Shown here piece after piece: positions 48,901-60,900 of a stretch of 64,000 nucleotides of DNA. Each line of letters starts with the position of its first letter. The first letter of the stretch is position 1. The notes under the pieces were generated by a model, which worked only from the letters and a program-made list of their open reading frames with translations, was not told the DNA's origin and made no database searches. The stretch covers positions 1,334,761-1,398,760 of the forward strand of contig NMRA01000009.1 in NCBI GenBank assembly GCA_002633005.1, written 5' to 3'. The translations under genes were made by a program, and so were the position numbers. The stretch comes from Phoronis australis (Eukaryota > Animalia > Phoronida).

Positions 48901-51900
48901 ATGATCAGTTCAATCTGCCCACCTAAGTGGCCTGTGCACGTCTGCTACAACGTATACCAGACAACCTGCAATTATTTTTTATTTTTATTTCCAGTTTCCA
49001 TCATTTTTGCTTTTGAACATTCATGTTCTGTACTACTTTCTAATCTCTCAAAAGATCACATGGTATATTAACGGGGAAAATACTCATAATCATATTTTAC
49101 AAATTACAATGTTTAGTGCTCTCCTCTACAGAAAGTTCAAATGCAACAGCTATCACAGAGTTCATGTATATGTTTAAATGTCCATGTCTGTAATTTATGG
49201 AGTTTACATGTGAAGTCTGGGAATAAGTACATCGAAATGATGCCAAAATGTTGTAATTTTAAGAAGTGACTTAAAGTACAAACTGGCATAACCTTTCTAC
49301 CTTGACACAAGTAACTTAGAAAGTTGAATTTGTCACAGCGAAATTAAAACTTGTTGCTGCAACGAGTCTATAAACAGGTTGTGCATAACACACTATCAAA
49401 AGTTATGTTGAAAAATTATGCCATTCAAGGCCAACTGAATTGTTGCTGGTGGTTTGGTGGATTTTACACACTTTTGCGATGTTTTTGTATCTTTAGCTCT
49501 GGTGGTAGGACATATTACCTGGAGGCTAAAGACAAAAGAACAAGAATGTATTGGCTTCAGGAATTACAGATAAGACGGCGACAATTCAGTATTCGCAAGA
49601 CATCAAACGCTTCCCAAGATACGACTGTATGTACCTACTCAACACAGGCGAAAATGTCCGCTCGAAAAATATGAGTGATGGCTTATTTCCACTCATATTT
49701 CCATATTTGGGCTCGTAAAATGTCGAAGCCAAAAAAGAAAATTAAAAAATGCCGTTTTTTCAAGCTCTTACTTGCTTATGTTGAGTCCTGTATAGTATCG
49801 TTTGAGACTCAAGTGATTAGTTAAAATCCTGATATACTTAGACATTATTATGCTTTCCCAATTGAGAGGTTCTGCATTGTAGTTGCTGTTGTCTACCAGT
49901 TCACCTTATGGTGATCATCCATGATTTGGCATTCCTCACGTTCTGAGCCATGTTAAATAGTCTGTATCTGCAGCTGCCTGGTATTTCATTCCGTAGTGAT
50001 GATTAGTTGGTATCCATTGAGTAATGTGCCCTGCTCAATATTATTTTCATCTCGTAGCTGTATGGCGTAGATGGTATGACCTGTTGCTTGATGTGTCTCT
50101 TGTACAAAGCACACATTTCGAACAAAAATAATTGCCATGATTGAGATTTTTTATTTTTCAAATGCTTTTGCTTTGTCAAGAATGCCCATAGCAACTTAGA
50201 ACCTCGTCTTATGCCAAGCCATTAACTAAAACTTAAAACTGATCAAAGTACTTATTTACTGCTACATGTTTTTAATAAAAAGGAGCTGATTGAGTCTTGT
50301 TCAATGCTAAATATACTTGCATTGCCAACTTGCAAATACAGCAATGGCTTGTCTCTGAACATGTTTTAGGTGTATAACCATATTCGTTGCTCTGTACTTG
50401 TCGCTACCGATACAGTAATGAACTGTTACAAATGTGCCTCAATTATTGACCCATGTTCCTACTTTGTACTTGTAGCTGCCTGGCAGTTCACTCCATAGCA
50501 GTGACCTCTCAATTGAGGTTCCTCAAGTGCTGAGCCCTGTCCAGCCAACAATGGGTACAGTGGGGGAACAAGCCGCTCAACTGGCCCACTCTGGCTGGAG
50601 CCATCTGTCGATATCCAATCTCAAAACAGAAGTCTTGAATGCTGTGGCAAACATCAGAAGTAACCGCAAATCTGCATTTGGTATGACTTATAAATCTTTG
50701 TTTAATTTAATGCATTTATAATTTAATGTGAATTTAATGCATTTCTCTTGCAATTATTATGTAGCACTTAACAAAAGAATGTCAAAGACCTCTCATCTGT
50801 TGTAACGTGACTGTTGTCTTTTATGATCAGTTGGTAGTATATGAAGATATTCGTAATATGTCAGTGCGATGCTCAATGTGATCTCAGATTGTGTTTGGCG
50901 ACCTAGGAAAAATCTCAAGTTGCCATGAAGTCACCACTGCGAGTAACAGTCTTTCAATAATTCCCCCTAAATTTGTTTAAAGTTCATATTGACTTCCAAA
51001 CTTTAAATTGCTAACAGTTTTGTCCAGGTTCATTACCTTATATTCACAATTGTGCATTTGCCACCAAGGCAGTCAGCACACATGCTTAAATTACAACAGG
51101 AAGTAAGCAGACAGAATTTGGAATTGGTCAGAAAAAATTGATGAAATATGCGCCACAAGTGTATGCAATCGTCTGCGTTCTATGTTTGTTGGTAGGAATT
51201 AAGTTAGAGAATGAATGAACATTTATGGCGAAAACTGAAGAGGCACATGTAAGACATAAGATGCTGAGAATGGGGCACATTACGATATTTACGCAGGATC
51301 GGCAACCTCCGGTTTCATTTAGCGACATGGCGTTAAGCTAAGCATCGAGCGCTGCAATCTTTTTCATTGTTTGTATAGCCAAAACAGACACTTCAACTGA
51401 TCACTCATAGTTAAGTGGTGTATGTTCTCTGTAGAGTCGTATACACCACAGTCCACTCCCAGTCCATTGCCTTCACCCTGCTCAGACACACCAAACAGTA
51501 TCGACCCGCCTGAAAGGAGGGGAAGCAAGGAGTTCAAGTTATCCACACTCAGAAAGAAGTTCTCATCGAGAAAGGCTCAAACTGACCAACTGTTGGAGAT
51601 CTCTAGTCCGCAACTTGCTGAACGTCCCACATGTATGCAATGCCCCCAGGTGAGTGTGTGGGAAGCTTGAATTTTTTAAATATTCCTCGAAACTTAGGAG
51701 CATCTCGGCTGTGTATTTTACCCAGTCTTCCACATCATCTCTGATGGATTTTTCAGCTTCTTGGTATTGCTTCAGTGGTAAAATAATTATGAAATTAACT
51801 GGAGACTGGGGTGTGGTTGGTGTGGTTAGGGGATTTCATCATTTGATATGTTCCCTGTCGCCAACGTATTGCATGGGGTTTTCGAATGTGTGGTGACATT

Positions 51901-54900
51901 TCTCTATCTGTAATGTCGAAGAGACCTCATGCGCTTATATGTGTATGTACTTATTGTTTTATTTAAGTCATGCTAGTCAATGATAAACATGTATTATACC
52001 ACAGGCTAGGCAAAGTCGTTATGTTGATGTGTAAAAACTGTTTTGAGCACTTTCAGGAAGTTCATGTGTTTGGTTTACAATGCAACAATAGATTTCCTTC
52101 TTCTATCATTTGTTCCATTATACATGTGATCTGACCTTTAACCGTTTAGTCTAGTCTAAATGTAATCCTATGTGTGTGTTGACTACAAGCCTAGCACAGA
52201 TTGTCCTTTGCTTCCTGTGCTCGGTCATAACTTGGGTGCATGAAATGAAGTGAATGGGGAGTGATTATACCAAGGGCTATCATGAATACGGATTGAATTT
52301 ACTAAAGGCCATCAGGGATAGGGAGTGAATGTACCAAGTGACATCATGAATAGGGAGTGAATGTACCAATGGACATCATGAATAGGGAGTGAATGTACCA
52401 AGGGCCGTCATGAATAGTGAGTGAATGTACCAAGGGCCGTCATGAATAGGGAGTGAATGTACCAAGGGCCATCATCTATAGGCAGTGAATGAACCGATGG
52501 CCGTTATGAATAGGGAGTGAATGTACCAAGGGCCGTCATGAATAGGTAGCTGAATGTACCAAGGGCTATCATGACTAGGGAGCTGAATGTTGCAAGGGCT
52601 TCATGAATAGGGAGTGATTGCACCAAGAGCCATCATGTACAGGGAGTGAATATACCAAGGGTCGTCATGAATAGTGAGTGAATGTACTGAGGGTAGTTAT
52701 GAATAAGGAGTGAATGTACCAAGGGCCATCATGTATAGGGAGTGAATATACCAAGGGTCGTCATGAATAGCGAGTGAATGTACTGAGGGTAGTTATGAAT
52801 GAGGAGTGAATGTAGCAAGGGTCATCATGAATAGGGAGGGAGGATACCAAAGGCCATTGTGGGAAGCACTGTAGGAGACTGATAGATTTACCCACTTTAA
52901 AAATGTTTCTTTAAAAAATCATATAATTAACTTGTAAAAGCACACATTAATAAAATTGACAGGATAATCATTAGCCTAACAAAAATTATTAAGCCTAGCA
53001 GCATATGCCAGAATATCTCTTGAAAGCTTATAACCTGACAATAGTACCAAAACCATATACAATATGCTGACAATGTAGCATTTTACTAAGTATCACTTGA
53101 CAGTGTATCCCTTTCAAGTGTTTTGACAGGATATCTCTTGTCAGTGTATCTCTGACATGACAAAAAAATTATTTTAGAGTATGTCAGTTAAGCCTTCAAG
53201 TTAAGCGACACCTATCAATCAATTTACAGCATATTACTCCCTAGACTTATTTTATTGACATTGCTTGTTGCATATCAAATTGCAGCATAGCAGCCGTTTT
53301 TGAAACACCTAATGTGTCCAATGTGTTCACTTTTAGCTAAAGCAGTATGTGACATCTTTAAAAGATGAGCTTGAAACATCTGAGGAAGAACTGACTGCCC
53401 ATCGAGAAATTGTGAAATTATTGCAGAAAGAAAATGACATTCTGAATACTGAGATTAAGACAAGGTAGGAGGTCATAATTTTTCTTCATTGAATATTTTT
53501 ACATCATGATTTCGCTAACTGAATTATTGACTCCCTCTCCAACGGCCTTTTGCAATTCAGAAACTTTAATTTTTAAAACTGGACCAGTTATTGTTAGTAT
53601 TAAAATTGGTTTCAACATATGCTTAATACTCAGATTGGAGGGATTTACGAGATTTGAAAGAAACAACAATTAATTATTGCTTAAACTAAGTACGGTAGAA
53701 CAAGAAACTGTAATTTGTTTTATGAGAACCCAATCAAGCAAACGACTGCCCGCATGTTGAATAAAGAATGCTATAAAGATTGCATTCTTGTACACTAGGT
53801 CATTTTTCTAGTTTTAGTAAAGCGACATTTTGGGACAAATCTTGGACTCAGTTGTGCCTTCAGAGGAACAAAGTACTCTTTTAAGTATTAAAATTTAAAG
53901 AACAAGAGTCTTCGGCCCTGGGGACAGTAAAACCTTACTTGGGGAGTGTAAAATCTCACCTGGGGACAGTAATATGTCACCTAGGGGCAGTAAAATCTGA
54001 CTGTTTAGGAACACCATGGTGGACAAGTGAAATTCTGTTTTTTTTCATTTTCTTCTTAAAGGATAAGTAGCACCGAATGAAACCGTTTATCTGACCATAT
54101 CTACCATGATTAGACAATGTTTTGAGAAATTGTTGTCAATTGTCATACAGTGTTTGATTTTACTTTATTTCTGTTGACAAAGGTCGTTATTGTATCCGAA
54201 AATTTCAGTTGATCCATTCTTGTTGATTAATTTACCTATTTATATTCTACATTTCGTGAAACAATAGTATCCTTGGGAGGATCTGGATCACCTTATTTAG
54301 TTTCAGTTTTATTTTCTATGTTATTTATAAACAATGTTACAAACCTTTGAAAAGTGAAAGAGATGCATTTGGAAATTATTTGTATTAGTAATTGATGAGG
54401 CTTGATGGTACAGTCCAAATCTGGTAGACGTACGTTTTCTATATTTGGGACTTTTTTAATTAGTTCCGGTACACAATTTTTTTGAAATATTGAAAGTTAC
54501 CATTATTCTTTTCACAGAATATGGCAGACAGGTGCAATTTTATTTTGTCAAATTTCTTAACAAAATAAAAATTTAAATATTGTGCTGTATCAGGTGCATG
54601 TTCTGTATTGTACAGCTGTCTTAAACCAACAGATGGTAAAAATGTGGTTATTTTAGGCATTGTAAGGATTTGAAATGAGAAAATATCTTTTTCCACGATT
54701 TTTTCCCAAATAACTGAAGAATTACCAAAACACTATAATATCTTCTAGTTTTCCTTAGTTCTGGGTCGAGCCTAGAGGTGATATTTTTGTCATTTTAAGT
54801 AGTTAATTATCTTAAGTTTGATTTTTTAAGATTTTTGGCCTTCCATAAGGTGTGCGCACCTTTGCTTTGCACAAATAATCACAATCATTGTTTGCTGGTT

Positions 54901-57900
54901 TTTTATTCTCATGTGGAAATGAGATGGACTTTGCACAAATGCTGTTTTTTGTTTTTGCTACTCTGTTTGTACCTGTTGAGCTATGACATGATTTTGTGTG
55001 ATACCTTTTAATATGTTATCCCCAGGTTGTCATTTACACCTGAGTCTTCACACCTCAACCAGGTGTTAGAGCGTGACCGTAAGGTGGTTGAGCTGGAACA
55101 CCTGCTGGCCTCTACACAAGAGGAAAAGGAAATGACCGTGGCACAGCTCAAGTATGTCCACACTTGTACCCATACTTGCCCCTTCTTTCTCTTACACTGC
55201 TGTACATTCTGGGCTTGGCTATTCAAAACATAAAAGGGGTAATGAGACACTTATCTTCTCAGCCAGGGTCACAAACCCTTTGTGAAGAACCACTTTCACT
55301 GACCTTGCCTATAAATTTCAAAAGGCCTACTGTGTGTGAACGACAGAATGAATTACAACCATCCACGAAATTCTAAGCCACCATGCAGACTAGTTACCTT
55401 TCCAAGCCCAAAATGATATCAGGGTGCTAGACAGCGAAAAATTGGAACTTTTCTGTCAATTTTTTCAAGATAATATATATTTTCACTTCATTTATTAACA
55501 TTGTATGCTTTCTGTGTCGTGGCATTTGCAATGTAGTTACCCCTTGAGAAACAGAGATTAGCACTTTGAAAAAAATTGTCTCAGATTGTTGAATTTTTAC
55601 CATAAGTCTTGAATCGCATTATTTGTGTTTTTGAAGGTGGTCTTACAGAGTAGTGTCTATCCTGTTGCTAATGGTCTTATGATATTAGTGCTATATTCTC
55701 TCTCTTGTGAAAACTTCTATACTAGCATTTGGCGTTTTGTTAGCCCAACTCCTAAGCAAGCGTATGCCAGACTGTGACTTACCCATCCTGATTGATTCAC
55801 TAATTATGTAATGCTCGTGACGTATAAGTAGTCGCGAGGCTAAAGAAAACCTGTTCACAAATTTCTCTTATAATGCATCAATTTTAAAAATTCAAAGACA
55901 TTGCTACTATTGGCTTTTCAATTTTAAAAACAGTCATGTTGGTCGTTTCCCTTACTTATTGTTCGCTTTTTGGCTTTGAAAGTCACACGCTGAACAGGCG
56001 TGTTGGTTTACGAACACCATTATCTCATCCAGCACGTTCAGCCAATCCCATAAATAGGGACTAGCTCACTTCAATTCGTGACGACGCCATCACGTCTTTG
56101 ATGTGCCAAGGATTTTGCTGGATACTCTGGGGTGTATGTTGTCTTGTCCTCTTATGTGCAAATCCTGTGAGCGCAAGATTTGCCTAATGGCGTTTACCGA
56201 TTTGAGATCTGAATGTATACGTATCAGATCCAATCCTGAAACTAAAGGCGATCAATTCATTCCAGATTATTTTGAAATTTTTGCTAGTTTATGAAATTCA
56301 ATGTAATCGTTATCATTATTGTTGTTATCGTTGTTATTATCATTATTATTATTTTCATTTTGAGTGCTTATCTGTACCAGCTGATTTTAAACGATTTATT
56401 TTAGAAAATAAGGTAATAAGATTAATGTTTGAAATTGTATAAGATCCAAGTCATAGACATGTTATATCCGAGAATCACAGCAGAATATTTCCAACACTTT
56501 TAGAGAGTGCCAGTGTGAAGTACAGAACCTAAAGGATGAGGTGACTGTCTTCCAAGAGATGATGGTGGCTAAGGATGAAATGATTGTTAAATTAACCAAT
56601 ACCATAGATGCCCTTGAGAGCAGGATAGCATTCCCTAAGAGGTCAATGAGTGCTAGTACAAATACGTCCATAAGGAGGGTGCCTGATGCGAAAGTTATTG
56701 ATCAGTTGAAGGTGAGTTGTGTGGAGGATTATAACAGAAAGACTTATACCGGTGAACTGACACATTGTTCAAAGGTTTTTCATGCTGTAAACCTTCCCTT
56801 TAAAACGTATAAGATTCGATGTGGAGAAATGTTTTGAATTTCCTCAATGTCACCTGGTGAGCCGGACTGGTTTTACAGTATCCATATTCTGTTCTCATTA
56901 GTGGGCTGGTCACCAAAGGAGTGAACATTCATTAGGTCAGTAGAGTCTGTTCTCATTAGTAGGCTGGTCACCAAAGGAGTGAACATTCATTAGGTCAGTA
57001 GAGTCTGTTCTCATTAGTGGGCTGGTCAGCAAAGGAGTGAACATTCATTAGGTCAGTAGAGTCTGTTCTCATTAGTGGGCTAGTCACCAAAGGAGTGAAC
57101 ATTCATTAGGTCAGTAAAGAGGGTAGTTACTGTTTCTTATCCATGCGCACACCTAGGGGGAGCTCGGTGGGCTCGAATGAGCCCCCCCCCATTTGGCGAA
57201 GTGGGCAAAAAAGGTCCGCCCCTGAGAGACAAAAAATTCGAAAAAATGGGACAAAAGTCCACTAAATAAGCGCAAATGCGCACTTCACATTGGTGCTCCC
57301 GTTTTTTTTTTTTTTAGTCCGCCCCCTTTTTTGTTAGCAAAAGGTCCACGACGTCATGAATTCTAGCCAACATATTGAAGGCTGTGTGCGCGCATGCTGT
57401 CAGATCACAACTAAACAGAAGGTTTGATGGCATCTATGCTGTACTTCCCCTTTCCTTTCTGGGACATGAAAACTGATGGAAATCATAACATCTGAATAGA
57501 GGAGTAAAAATTAGACTGAGGGTGTTTGAATTTTCAAAGTTGTTCGAGTATTAGATATCTTGTCAATAAAAACCCAAGCCTTTAGCCATTCATTGGAAAT
57601 TAGTTCTCAGCATGGCATGTCAGCTAATTATACAGCATCACTAACTGACAATAGAAGCTGGGTCTGAAAGAATGAGAATAAAAGTAGTTGTGATGATGAA
57701 ATCTGGTAAGTGCCAGTTCAGAACATGTGTTTTGTAACTAAACAATCAGGCCACTTTGAATGTGTTGTTAGTTGCAGACTTGCTCATGTTCATGGTATAC
57801 CTGGCTATCTCCTAGCCAACTTAGTGAAGATATAGTCACTTATTTTTGTACCTCATTGTTTCTTGACAATTTTGCTGTTTTTCTGCTCTGTGAAAGATAG

Positions 57901-60900
57901 GCATGTATGCCATGGACAGGAGTAAGCCATATCAATCTGGTAAAGAGACAGCTTTGACATGCTTTTAATCAGTTTTGTTGATAAACAATGAAAACGCTCA
58001 ACACTGAAATGACTACACTAGAATTGCATGTTTTTATTAAAATTATTAACAAATGAGTTGACTATGTGGAATTATTATCACCTAATTATTAATTTCTATT
58101 GTATTGTGCATTTATCATCAAACATTTCAAGGTAAGAGTTTGAGCAGTGATAAGAAGTATGGTATTTTTGTGACTTTCAAAATGGAAAGGGGCAATTTTT
58201 TTAAAATTGTTTTATGCAAAATTGATTGAGTTTGTTTTACAGCTTTCATATTAAGACTACTGTGTGGGCTCTTTGAGACTAACCTCAACAGGTTGATGTT
58301 TAAGGCAGTTGCGGTCGGTATGAAGGGTTAACTTCGGTCCTGGATCGAAGTTAACAACGCCAGTTAACTTTGCAGTAAAGAGGTGATTTAAAAGTGGAGC
58401 GTTGACACTGTGGTGCGGTATGAATGGTCAACTCTGTCTCATTGAAGTTACCGTCAGGCGCCACTGTTATCGTCACCAATTAAATGGCAGTGTCTTCGCT
58501 AATAGGTGCTTATATTTGGCTCGAATAATCACCAATTGAATTTGAAATAAGTTTTATGTCAATTAGCTTGTGCAAATGTTCTCAAATTGTCAGATTATTT
58601 AACCCTTATCCTGCTGAGCCTCTATTCAGACTACTTTCCCTGTGTGCTGAGCTAAGTAGGTCACCACTACTGCTGTGCACTAAGCTGTTATGGAGGTCAC
58701 CCAGACTAATGACCTAACAATTTTAAATTGGAAATTTGAAGGGGAAATATTAAATTAACAGAAAGGAAGTCAATACAAAACTTGTGCAGAATTTAATGGA
58801 GATTTTCACCATGTGTAAGTCTTTATCATAGCCTTGGTGAAAGCAAACTGATCCACTGTCATCCTCTCCCGTATGACTCGATCAGCCATGNAAATACTGA
58901 ATATGTAAGTTAATGGTCAATGTCAGCGGTTGACAGACTACCTGCTTCTCTCAGTGAGTAAGTGATTGATTCTTCAAGAGTTTGTGCATTGATTTAAAGA
59001 AATACACTCGGAAGGGTACGTGTGTTCACTAAACCAGGTATCCTGCGAGTCGGACATGTTCCTTGAAGGAATGGCAGTGTTAAGAAAGATTTTGCTGGTG
59101 TTTTTTGTGAGCAGTTGACCTTGCTGACCAAATGTCAGCACTGAAAGTGATTGGTTGCCTGCTCAGTGTTGACTTATGGGTAATAATTGGTACATTATTC
59201 TTTGGTAGTTCTATGAGGATTCAGTGAACCGCTTGAGTGTAAATAACTCCTCCCAGTGGCAGATTTAAAGGGGGGCCAAGGGGGCCATGGCTTAAAATTC
59301 TCCCAGAGTTCATTTGGCAATTGGGGGGTGTGAATGTCTGACGAGCAAAATCCTGGCTAATACTTTGCCCTGGACCCCCTAACTAAAAATCCTGGATCCG
59401 CCTCTGCCCCCCCCCCCATCAACAAAATCATTGATCCGTCTCTGCAATCACCCACAATGCTCACATTTTTAGTTGTGTAGTTCAAGGCATTTCCACTAAT
59501 ATCTAAACAATATAGGCTTCGTTAATGCATACTCGGTATTTCTTTTTCTGAGAGTGTTTTGAGATAATGAGCATACTGATGAATAATAATTTCAAATTGT
59601 CATGAAAACCCTTCTCAACTTTGTTCATCATCATCATCGTCATGATGCTATAGCATGCTTTATCTGAGCTGTAAAATTGTTATGCTTGTATTATGGGCCA
59701 ATGGTCTTGAGTGTGACAATAAAAGAAGTGTCTATCAATTTCATATCATGACCCTCTTTTCAGAACACCTTGTATTTCTTCATGTTTCAATTTGGGGATA
59801 AATCTTGTTTTACTCTCTTCCTTAGTATGTGATCATCTATAGTTCTAGCCTAGGGATTTTTTTGAAAATAATGGGTAGGGGGTGCTACAGCACATTCAAA
59901 ACCAGACCAACATAATGTTTGGGCAACTGGAAAAATGGCTGCCTGAAAGCACACCAAATGCTCAAAAACTCTCATTTACCTAAAATGATCCCTGTGAAGA
60001 CAACATACTGACCACCAGGTGGCAGCGTGAACCTACCCACTCCTTGAGTATTGTCATGTTTCCTTGCCTTGTTTAGTCTCACTTCCTTCTTATCCAATCT
60101 TCCTTGTGTTCCAGTAAGTGTGCCACATTGGAGGCCAAGTTCTACCAGACACACAGCAAGTACTTACTACTGCTGAATGAGCTGCATACACCTCGTAGGG
60201 GTAAGTTGATGGTGTGAAGTGCGCTATGTTGGATCTAGATGGTGGATAGGTAAGGTGTACTTGGACTGTAACGAGCACCTCGTACAACGGGTCTGTTACC
60301 CAAACATCTAGTACAGGTTTGCAGTAGTTTATTTTGATTTGCTGACTGGTCATGTATTGTGGGGTAATTCCTGGCTGTGGAGATAAAGCTGTCTGATATA
60401 TTCAACGTCTAGGGTAACTGTGTAACTTGTTCACTGTTGTTACTTTAGTGTATGGTTCCTATCTCTACCAAGTTCTTTGATGGAGTTTCATGAAATGTCA
60501 TGGCAAGTAAGCTTCCAGTAAGGCGGTGGCGACTCGTTTCTATTTCCAGATAGATTCAGCATATTCTGAGCCCCTCTAGCTGCCATTGTTATTGTATTTG
60601 CTTCTATTTTTGACATCCTCCTCTATATCTGTCAAAGAGTTTGAGAGAACATTGAGATAATTCGGTATATGTGTTCTAGTTGAGGATAGTGCATGTGACA
60701 TTGAGTTTGGTGTCTCATAGTGTCAGTTTAAATTTTCATTATATTTGGCTGTACATCTACTTAGTTCCTTGATTGATGTTTTTAAACAATGTCTTAAAAG
60801 ACATTCGGCAATTCAAAATAAATTTCTATCAAAAAAACCACAGAACTTGCCTTGTTTCAGATGGATTTGACCTATGCTGTGCCCCCTGGTGGCCTTTTTA

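Noticed and set aside
52250-57116. 32-bp and 58-bp arrays as possible CRISPR or RNA-gene arrays
   Set aside because: Contiguous tandem units without spacers or recognisable RNA structure.
57897-57939. Candidate small TBC1D2B exon (IGMYAMDRSKPYQS)
   Set aside because: No resemblance to the family, and its end phase (1) does not fit the phase-2 exon at 60115.
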